IMG/VR virus record: IMGVR_UViG_3300021378_000010
Location: 36,570 to 100,569 of that record
Length of the DNA stretch: 64,000 nucleotides
Origin: a virus
Strand: one strand, 5' to 3'
Part shown: piece by piece, positions 56,169-63,223 of the stretch
How the letters are laid out: every line of letters starts with the position of its first letter
How positions within the stretch are numbered: position 1 is the first letter of the stretch
Notes under the pieces: model-generated
Seen by the model: the letters and a program-made list of their open reading frames with translations, nothing else
Told to the model about the DNA's origin: nothing
The model's database searches: none
Translations under genes and position numbers: made by a program

Positions 56169-56240
56169 GACTGTATCGTCTAATGGATAGGACGCCCTGC
56201 TTTACAGTGGGGAGATATGGGTTCGATACCTGTTGCAGTT
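56169..56240 (+). pseudogene. Degenerate tRNA-like element without CCA, inside a TGACTAAAGA/TCTTTAGTCA stem
   Basis: D arm TCGTCTAATGGATAGGAC; T loop GGTTCGATACC; irregular anticodon loop. Confidence 0.5.
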
Positions 56241-56262
56241 TTGTCTTTAGTCAGAAATTTAT

Positions 56263-56337
56263 AGGGGTGAAGGAAAATGGTAATCCACGGGCCTCCAAAA
56301 CCTTGAGAACGCGGTTCGATTCCGCGCACCCTTGCCA
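56263..56337 (+). tRNA. tRNA-Trp(CCA), weak anticodon stem
   Basis: CT-CCA-AA loop; G73-CCA. Confidence 0.78.
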
Positions 56338-56431
56338 ATAGCCAAGGTCCTAGACGTTGTGAAACTACAGGCTTTGTATGTAGTGAGAAAGCTAGGAGAC
56401 CTGCCAGTAGGGAGAAACTGGCACTTATTTT

Positions 56432-56524
56432 GGAGAGTGATCTACAGAGGTCTGTAGCCCGGTCTTGAAAACCGGTGGAGCGGCTAGTACCCGCTTGGGG
56501 ATCGTTACCACCCGCTCTCTGCCA
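56432..56524 (+). tRNA. tRNA-Ser(TGA)
   Basis: CCGGT-CT-TGA-AA-ACCGG; long variable arm; G73. Confidence 0.82.
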
Positions 56525-56635
56525 ATATTGTAGAAGTTGCCCACTGATCATATGCTGAGAGTTTTCGACCTGACTCGTTGAAGCGATTATGCCACTTCTA
56601 CCTACTAGAGGAATAGGTCCCTTCTAGATAGTTTC

Positions 56636-56710
56636 GGGCTGCGTCTATGGGGTAGCGGCTGATCCTTGCAAGATCGGCGTCACGGGGTTCGATTCCCCGG
56701 CGGTCCACCA
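56636..56710 (+). tRNA. tRNA-Ala(TGC)
   Basis: TGATC-CT-TGC-AA-GATCG; G3:U70. Confidence 0.8.
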
Positions 56711-56806
56711 AAATTTACTTGTCCAAGACCGCAAGGATTGGATCGCCTGAGCCGTAAGGTAATCCTTGGAACGATAACATGGCGTCCAAGCAAGTGATAT
56801 AGTATT

Positions 56807-56882
56807 GCGGATGTAGCTCAATCGGTAGAGCGTCTGCTTGCCAAGCAGAAGGTAGTGGGATCGTAACCCATCATCCGCTCCA
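56807..56882 (+). tRNA. tRNA-Gly(GCC)
   Basis: TCTGC-TT-GCC-AA-GCAGA; U73. Confidence 0.9.
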
Positions 56883-57032
56883 AATTTTATGACCGAAAGT
56901 CACTGTGCTGGTCTTGTCACCTTCATACACTTCGGTCTTCTAAACTGGTACCTATCGTTGTCAAATTATTAGGAAGGACATAGGGTGGATAGGTTAAAAG
57001 AATGCATGTTTGACTGCCAGTTAAATCAAAAT

Positions 57033-57106
57033 GGTCCATTGGTGTAATGGTAGCACGACAGTCTGTCTAACTGTTGGAAGGGGATCGTAACCCCTATGGA
57101 TCGCCA
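57033..57106 (+). tRNA. tRNA-Asp(GTC)
   Basis: ACAGT-CT-GTC-TA-ACTGT; G73. Confidence 0.85.
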
Positions 57107-57111
57107 ATAAC

Positions 57112-57186
57112 GCGAGATTAGCTCAGCGGTAGAGCAGCTCTTTTACACGGAGAAGGTCAGAGGTTCAATCCCTCTATCTCGCACCA
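57112..57186 (+). tRNA. tRNA-Val(TAC)
   Basis: CTCT-TT-TAC-AC-GGAG; CCA. Confidence 0.88.
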
Positions 57187-57283
57187 ATAATCGAACAAGG
57201 GTTTGTAGTAGAGAGTGACAGACCAGAAACCCTGAGACAAAAAAGTCAATACCCATTAAGATCGTCTGTTAGGTCACTCATTT

Positions 57284-57358
57284 TGGGAAGTAGTTCAGCG
57301 GCAGAGCGCCTGACTTTGAATCAGGATGTCGGAGGTTCGAATCCTCCCTTCCCAACCA
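57284..57358 (+). tRNA. tRNA-Gln(TTG)
   Basis: CCTGA-CT-TTG-AA-TCAGG; U1-A72. Confidence 0.9.
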
Positions 57359-57369
57359 AAAATTAAAAT

Positions 57370-57446
57370 GTCCTTGTGCTGCAATTGGTAGACAGGTTAC
57401 GTTGAGGGCGTAAATGTTGTGGGTTCGAGTCCCACCAAGGACACCA
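57370..57446 (+). tRNA. tRNA-Leu(GAG) with short variable loop
   Basis: TTACG-TT-GAG-GG-CGTAA; CCA. Confidence 0.82.
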
Positions 57447-57471
57447 AATTAGTATCTAAAGGTCCTATAAT

Positions 57472-57564
57472 GGAGAAGAGAGCTGTCAAGGTTGGCAGGT
57501 CTGCTTGGAAAGCAGATCGTGGTAGTAACCCTACCATGGGAATCGTGCTCCCCCTTCTCCGCCA
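57472..57564 (+). tRNA. tRNA-Ser(GGA)
   Basis: TCTGC-TT-GGA-AA-GCAGA; long variable arm. Confidence 0.82.
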
Positions 57565-57568
57565 ATAT

Positions 57569-57661
57569 GGAGGTGAGAGCCAGTAAGGTTGCTGGGACTG
57601 CCTGCTAAGCAGATCGTGGTAGTAACCCTACCATGGGAATCGTGCTCCCCCACCTCCGCCA
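57569..57661 (+). tRNA. tRNA-Ser(GCT)
   Basis: CTGC-CT-GCT-AA-GCAG; long variable arm. Confidence 0.82.
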
Positions 57662-57733
57662 AAAAATACTTGTTGACATTTGTAAAGAATCAGTATAGTA
57701 TGATAATATACCATCTGATAAAGGATACACACT

Positions 57734-57922
57734 ATGCTAACGACCAAACAAATTGCCCGTAAAGTTGCTCTGAAGATAGATTCTAATGCTGATCGTTACG
57801 ATCAAATCTGGGCAATCAAGCAAGAGTACATCAGTGCGGGTCAATCTTTACTAGCAACTGATCGCGAAACGATCGATAGAGTGCTTGAAATTCTTTATCA
57901 TGATTATGCATTTTGCGGTTGA
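57734..57922 (+). CDS. Hypothetical early protein
   Basis: Early promoter 57673; SD AAGGA. Confidence 0.65.
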   Translation: MLTTKQIARKVALKIDSNADRYDQIWAIKQEYISAGQSLLATDRETIDRVLEILYHDYAFCG

Positions 57923-57977
57923 CAAACCTTAAGAATCAGTATATTATCTAATTATGATAAAGGAAAAGGAACCCATC

Positions 57978-58175
57978 ATGCAGATTAACGGTACCAAACT
58001 TGCAGAGATTGCCTACGGAATGTCCGAGATGGCACGCGGTCATAAGAATGACATGATTTCAAATAACCTTGCTCGTGTATCTGAAAAGGTAGCTGCACAT
58101 GGAGCAACTTGGGGTGGTTCACCTCTCGATAAAACTGATATGATGGTGGTTCAATACTACCTCGCAAACAAATAA
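57978..58175 (+). CDS. Hypothetical early protein
   Basis: Early promoter 57919; SD AAGGA. Confidence 0.65.
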   Translation: MQINGTKLAEIAYGMSEMARGHKNDMISNNLARVSEKVAAHGATWGGSPLDKTDMMVVQYYLANK

Positions 58176-58182
58176 GAACAAA

Positions 58183-58259
58183 CAGGGTATAGCTCAGTCT
58201 GGTAGAGTGCTTCACTTGGAATGAAGAAGTCGTAGGTTCGAGTCCTGCTACCCTGACCA
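58183..58259 (+). tRNA. tRNA-Pro(TGG)
   Basis: CTTCA-CT-TGG-AA-TGAAG; C1-G72. Confidence 0.92.
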
Positions 58260-58706
58260 ATTCGCGTCCCCTATAAAATGGGGTCTAGATAGAAACGTTG
58301 CTAAGGTCTTTTAATAGGTTAGGATCGACGGCTCCTTCCGGTAAAGCGTTAAATCCGGACAATGTTTCTATCGCTTCCAGGTCCTTCGGGATTCTGTGCA
58401 GGCTCTCCACTTTGTGGATCCTGATTAAATCCTCTAAGTGTTGAGGTCACATAGGCAAATTTGACTATTTGGGGTCTGTGTGGTGTAAAATAGTCTAAGA
58501 CTACATTGGGTGTCGGTGTAGTACTAAAAATAAACGTCTAGACATGGATACACTACGATAACTCGTTATATCCACTCTAGGTACCAAGAGAACGCTAAAG
58601 GATTAACTTAGTGTATCTTTGTCTGGGCGTTAGGGCACCCCGTATTATAAATCTCGACAATGGTAACAAACAAGCCATTGCGTCTGGCAAACGAAACACC
58701 GCCTTT

Positions 58707-58792
58707 TGGATGGATACTGCAACCAAACAAGTAGGGTAACCTACGTATCAGAATGGTTTGGATAGTATCGTTGAGGTCCACAGACCATCCAG
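58707..58792 (+). ncRNA. Stem-CTGCAA ncRNA copy 8 (variant)
   Basis: TGGATGG-ATACTGCAA...CCATCCA-G. Confidence 0.55.
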
Positions 58793-58899
58793 TCAATTAA
58801 ATTGTGGATAGTATGCGATATGAAGCCAACCCATCAAAATGTAAGATGAAGGCTAGTGAGGCTAGCGGAACATGACAGGCCGGAGAGACGGCCACCTAT

Positions 58900-58974
58900 G
58901 CGGGTGTAGCTCAGTGGTAGAGCTCCTGCCTTCCAAGCAGATTGTCGTCGGTTCGATCCCGATCACCCGCTCCA
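58900..58974 (+). tRNA. tRNA-Gly(TCC)
   Basis: CTGC-CT-TCC-AA-GCAG; U73. Confidence 0.92.
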
Positions 58975-58977
58975 GAT

Positions 58978-59349
58978 TTAATATCCTTTGTCTTCATCAT
59001 TTTTATTACTGTGTTTGCTCATATAAGCTTCCTTGCCATAAAATGCAGCAAGTATACCAGCAACAGAAATGAAGTATATATCGGCCATAGAAGCAAGAAT
59101 AGAAGCATCTAATCCGATCGCGGCCATAAACATAGTCAAAATTGGATAGAATATCATACCGATCAATGCTACCCAAGCCATTCTTCGTTGTGCATCTTGT
59201 TTTTTGTCTTCATTTTCAATTTGTATCATTTTTTCAGATTTAGACATTTCAGCATCACTCACTATACCATCTTTATTGAGATCGTACTCTTCGTACTTTG
59301 ATCCAGTTTCTAATTTTTTTGACATGTTATTCCCCGTGGATTTACTCAT
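58978..59349 (-). CDS. Two-TM membrane protein with EF-hand-like loop (holin-like?)
   Basis: DLNKDGIVSDAE; two hydrophobic helices; lone minus-strand gene in the array. Confidence 0.65.
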   Translation of the reverse strand: MSKSTGNNMSKKLETGSKYEEYDLNKDGIVSDAEMSKSEKMIQIENEDKKQDAQRRMAWVALIGMIFYPILTMFMAAIGLDASILASMADIYFISVAGILAAFYGKEAYMSKHSNKNDEDKGY

Positions 59350-59428
59350 ATCAAAAAGCTCAACTATTACTATTTATTAGTTGACAAATATCAAGAATCA
59401 GTATAAGATTATAAATATAAGGAATAAT

Positions 59429-59505
59429 GGTTCCGTAGCTCAGCTGGATAGAGCAAGTGACTTCTAATCACTAGGTCGAGGGTTCGAATCCTTCCGGGAC
59501 CGCCA
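59429..59505 (+). tRNA. tRNA-Arg(TCT)
   Basis: AGTGA-CT-TCT-AA-TCACT; CCA. Confidence 0.92.
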
Positions 59506-59530
59506 ATAAACATAACGTAAAGGAAACTGA

Positions 59531-59746
59531 ATGACTTCTGACGCTTATGTACTAAAACGCAAGAACGGTAGCTTAGTAGAACATATTGTTCTCACAAGAC
59601 AATCAAATGGTTTATATTCAGATGAGTCAGTAGAAGTTTTATCTTTTACGACTGAACGTAAAGCACTTGAAGTAGCAAAAGTTATTGATGACGGCAACTG
59701 CGAAGTTATCTTATACGCTAATTACGATATGAAGTTAGCGGCATAA
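59531..59746 (+). CDS. Hypothetical protein
   Basis: SD AAGGA. Confidence 0.65.
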   Translation: MTSDAYVLKRKNGSLVEHIVLTRQSNGLYSDESVEVLSFTTERKALEVAKVIDDGNCEVILYANYDMKLAA

Positions 59747-59786
59747 TACTACAGGAGAAGTATCTTCTGATATAATAAAATGGAGA

Positions 59787-60005
59787 GTGATTATGGAACT
59801 TTTATTTACAATATTTTTATGGGCTGCTTTTGTATACGGTATCTACAAATGGGCAGAATCTAAAGGGCGCGAGCCTTGGCTTTGGGCAATTGCCGCAGCG
59901 CTAGTGTCTCCCTTGATTGTTGGTATTATTTTACTATTCGTACCCAAAACAATTGAAAAGCAAGCTGAAGAAGCTAAGCGTATGAAAGAATTGATGAAAG
60001 ATTAA
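59787..60005 (+). CDS. Small membrane protein
   Basis: AESKGR..W.W motif; two TMs. Confidence 0.7.
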   Translation: MIMELLFTIFLWAAFVYGIYKWAESKGREPWLWAIAAALVSPLIVGIILLFVPKTIEKQAEEAKRMKELMKD

Positions 60006-60011
60006 TCTATA

Positions 60012-60094
60012 GCCCCCTTGGTGAAATAGGTAACCACAGCAGACTTAAAATTTGCCGCTTCGGCTTCCCGGTTCGAGTCCGGGAGGGGGCACCA
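60012..60094 (+). tRNA. tRNA-Leu(TAA)
   Basis: GCAGA-CT-TAA-AA-TTTGC; CCA. Confidence 0.9.
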
Positions 60095-60101
60095 AAATAA
60101 T

Positions 60102-60193
60102 GGAAGTGGGTGTCGGTACACAGGGAGGTCTTATAAACCTTTCAGCGCCAGATTAGCGTTCTCGACCAGGTTCAACTCCTGGCACTTCTACCA
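60102..60193 (+). tRNA. Atypical tRNA with TAT anticodon (Ile?), short D arm, long variable arm
   Basis: GAGGT-CT-TAT-AA-ACCTT; GGAAGTG/CACTTCT-A-CCA. Confidence 0.68.
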
Positions 60194-60211
60194 AAATTCG
60201 AGGAAAATACA

Positions 60212-60403
60212 ATGAACGAAGATAATTGGAGCATAAATTTTGATTGGAATCAAAAGTGGAAAGACTTTAATTCTATGCAGTTATTTTTAGTAACAGATGA
60301 AAATGTTCTTATTGATAATATTGAAAACCGTATGGAAAAGTCGAACTTCAATGTTGACTTAGCAACTGAAATGCTTAACCAAATTGGAATAAAGCAAAAC
60401 TAA
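60212..60403 (+). CDS. Hypothetical protein
   Basis: SD GAGGA. Confidence 0.6.
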   Translation: MNEDNWSINFDWNQKWKDFNSMQLFLVTDENVLIDNIENRMEKSNFNVDLATEMLNQIGIKQN

Positions 60404-60407
60404 TAAT

Positions 60408-60902
60408 GTGAAAGGAAGTGTCGTGTTTACGCAAAAACAAGTAGAAGATATTATCGACCTTCTACTAAATCTTGATAGTAGTACAAAAATTTATATCGGT
60501 ACCGACTCTGTTCGCTTTCGTAAAGACGATCGTTGGTATGCAAAGTATGCAACAGTTTGTGTCGTTCATAAAAATGGTAAGAATGGATGCCAAGTGTTTC
60601 GTCACAAAACGATTGAACCAGACTACGATGTAAAAAAGAATCGTCCTTCTATGCGTCTAATGAACGAAGTAATCAAGTCGTGTGAACTCTATACTCAAAT
60701 TGCTCCATTTGTTGATGAATTTGATATTGAAATTCACATTGATGTAAATACAGATCCAAAATACGGTTCAAACTGCGTTGCAAGTCAAGCTGCTGGTTAT
60801 GTACTTGGCGTAACAGGTTTGAATGAAGACCGCGTAAAATTAAAGCCTGATGCATTTGCTGCAAGTTTTGGTGCGGATCATTTTGCTAATAATAACAGTT
60901 GA
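60408..60902 (+). CDS. RNase H-like YkuK (DUF458) family protein
   Basis: IYIGTDS...RLMNEV..S...EIHIDV...KPDAFAAS..AD. Confidence 0.85.
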   Translation: MKGSVVFTQKQVEDIIDLLLNLDSSTKIYIGTDSVRFRKDDRWYAKYATVCVVHKNGKNGCQVFRHKTIEPDYDVKKNRPSMRLMNEVIKSCELYTQIAPFVDEFDIEIHIDVNTDPKYGSNCVASQAAGYVLGVTGLNEDRVKLKPDAFAASFGADHFANNNS

Positions 60903-60947
60903 CATTTGTAATTCTTTGATATAATATACTAATATAAGGAGAATCAC

Positions 60948-61451
60948 ATGAAAAATACTGTAGCTGCAATCGTTCTTATGGTTATGCCTTCATTTGTATT
61001 TGCTGACGGCATAACCCCAAACAACTATGCTGTTATAACATCAGTGCATCCGATCTATCAAGATCAATATGCTGTTCAGTATCAAACTCAATGTCATGAT
61101 GTTCAAGTTCCAATTTATGGCCGAGAACATTCTGGATCAAGTGGCGATGTTCTTGCTGGTGCTATTATCGGCGGTGCAATCGGTAACCAGTTCGGAAGTG
61201 GCGATGGTAAAGATGCTATGACTGTATTGGGTATTATTATTGGTGCAAATCAAGGATCACGTTCTACACGAGAAGTGGTAACTGGATATCGTTTAGAACA
61301 GCGTTGTGAACAAGTTTCATATCAGACCATTAAACCAGTACTTTCTTACTATAAAATTCGTTATGAATATAACGGCGTAGAGTATTATGAAGAAACTACA
61401 CAGCAATACACACTCGGTCAAAAAGTGCAAATTTCTACAAGTCTACGATAG
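60948..61451 (+). CDS. Glycine-zipper 2TM (YcfJ-like) exported protein
   Basis: Signal peptide; GAIIGGAIGNQFGSGDGKDAMT. Confidence 0.85.
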   Translation: MKNTVAAIVLMVMPSFVFADGITPNNYAVITSVHPIYQDQYAVQYQTQCHDVQVPIYGREHSGSSGDVLAGAIIGGAIGNQFGSGDGKDAMTVLGIIIGANQGSRSTREVVTGYRLEQRCEQVSYQTIKPVLSYYKIRYEYNGVEYYEETTQQYTLGQKVQISTSLR

Positions 61452-61625
61452 GGTAGTTACTCAATAAACTCACGGTGGCCAATGGTTAGCCACTAACTTA
61501 TAGGAGGTCAATATGCAAAAACTTATCTTTGAAAGAGTACTTATCTTTGAAAGAGTTGATAATATAATTTATGCTAGATACTTTATGCAAGATCCAAGAG
61601 AACGTTGGATTTATAAGGTATTGTA

Positions 61626-61820
61626 ATGATAACTCCATGTGTTGCAATATGTTCTTTAGATCCCGTCAATGGAATATGTAACGGCTGTGGCCGAACATAT
61701 GAAGAAATTCAAGACTGGGATGGATTTACAAATGAACAGCGTATGGAAATTATGAAAAGACTAGGTTACGGAAAACGTATGAGCAGACAAGAATGTTTGC
61801 GTAGATATGACAAAGGTTGA
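61626..61820 (+). CDS. DUF1289 (YdhL-like Cys-rich) protein
   Basis: TPCVAIC...CNGCGRT.EEI..W. Confidence 0.85.
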   Translation: MITPCVAICSLDPVNGICNGCGRTYEEIQDWDGFTNEQRMEIMKRLGYGKRMSRQECLRRYDKG

Positions 61821-61894
61821 CATTTTTGTCACATATTTACTAAATAGTAATTTAGCAGTTGACATTTACTATAAAATGTATTATATATAACTTG

Positions 61895-62217
61895 TAGGCG
61901 TTGAAGCAACGTGGACACATTCTGGACTCGGGGGCGGTACCCGACGACTCCACCATAAACAGTCGCGATCTTCTGATCCTTAAAGTGATGATGAGTCTGA
62001 CCACAGAGCCAAGGCAGTGATAAGCTAGTCATGGGTGACTGTTTTTGCTGGGGTCGAAATAGGATCGACAGGTGTGAAGATGAAGTGGAGTTTACCGGAT
62101 GACTGCGTTATTGGTCAATTAAACTAAATGCAAATGAAAATTTCGCACCTAAGGCTTTTGCTCTAGCAGCATAAGTACTGTGGGTTGGCAACTTACCTAG
62201 AAACAGAAAAGTTGCAC
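61895..62217 (+). ncRNA. ssrA: Two-piece (circularly permuted) tmRNA; tag (A)ANENFAPKAFALAA
   Basis: Acceptor piece ending CGACTCCACCA (61955); intervening hairpin; coding piece from GGGGTCG (62050); tag frame 62130-62174. Confidence 0.92.
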
Positions 62218-62248
62218 TTTTCATGAAAACAAAACAAGGAATACAAAT

Positions 62249-62578
62249 ATGACAAATACTATGATGGCGGCCGTTGCTGCACTTACTTTTTCTACTGCAG
62301 CTGCAAACGCTGGTGATCTTGCTTATCTTGGTGGTGTAGAATACGCTGTAGAAGCAGAAGTTTTTGAAATGACTGCAGGTGTAGAATACAATGCCGGTGG
62401 CTTTACTCTAACACCCGCACTTACACTTAATGACGCAACTGGCGATTTTGAATTCGCAACAGCTGAACTTACAGTTGGTTACGCAGTTACGACCGCCATG
62501 GACGTATACGCAACTATTGATACTGATGACAGTTTTAATCGTACTGAAACCACACTTGGTGTTGCTTTTCGCTTCTAA
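62249..62578 (+). CDS. Small outer-membrane beta-barrel/porin-like protein
   Basis: Signal peptide, alternating beta strands, C-terminal Phe (GVAFRF). Confidence 0.65.
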   Translation: MTNTMMAAVAALTFSTAAANAGDLAYLGGVEYAVEAEVFEMTAGVEYNAGGFTLTPALTLNDATGDFEFATAELTVGYAVTTAMDVYATIDTDDSFNRTETTLGVAFRF

Positions 62579-62650
62579 TGATTAGAAGTACTTTATAAAT
62601 AGAGGAGGCAGTACTAAGTACCGCCTCCTTTTCTTATTACGGAATAGCAA

Positions 62651-63223
62651 ATGTCGACATTGAAAGAACTCACCTGGGAAAACCATAAAAAAGCCGAGCG
62701 AACAAAGTTTATGCAAAGGCTTATTAAACGCAATATTACTCCACAGCAATATTATGTTTATCTTAAAAACCAAGCTGAAGCATATCGTACTCTTGAATAT
62801 TATGCTTCTTTACAAAACATGTTTGACTTCGAAAATGAAGAATTATATCCTATACTTCGAACTGCGAGCATGTTGCAAGATATTAATGAAATGGAAGATG
62901 CACATGAGTTTAAAGATGCACCAATATTTGGATCTATTCAATTATATCAAGAGTACATCAGTAAGATTAAAAATGACAAAAATAAGCTGCTTGCTCATAT
63001 CTATGTAAGACACATGGGTGATCTATCGGGTGGGCAAATTATTAAGAAGCTCGTTCCTGGTCCTACGCAAACTTACGAGTTTGGTAGTAATCCTGAAGAT
63101 CTTAAAACGGCCATAAGAAAAAGACTGCACGACGGTCTAGTAGATGAAGCAAACGCGTGCTTTATTATGGTTCAAAAATTCTTAGAAGAATTGGAACAAT
63201 ATTTTGACGACAACATGGGATAA
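62651..63223 (+). CDS. ho1: Heme oxygenase
   Basis: LKELTWENHKKAE; AHIYVRHMGDLSGGQII; late promoter 62594. Confidence 0.93.
   Translation: MSTLKELTWENHKKAERTKFMQRLIKRNITPQQYYVYLKNQAEAYRTLEYYASLQNMFDFENEELYPILRTASMLQDINEMEDAHEFKDAPIFGSIQLYQEYISKIKNDKNKLLAHIYVRHMGDLSGGQIIKKLVPGPTQTYEFGSNPEDLKTAIRKRLHDGLVDEANACFIMVQKFLEELEQYFDDNMG

Noticed and set aside
56169-56240. Ochre suppressor tRNA or stop-codon reassignment
   Set aside because: Anticodon loop irregular, no CCA, and core genes end normally at TAA/TAG/TGA under the standard code.
40010-59072. ORF-track entries overlapping tRNAs or ncRNAs (40010, 42730, 46647, 55038, 55076, 55500, 56147, 56180, 57985, 58608, 58872)
   Set aside because: Incidental frames through RNA genes, with no protein-like features.
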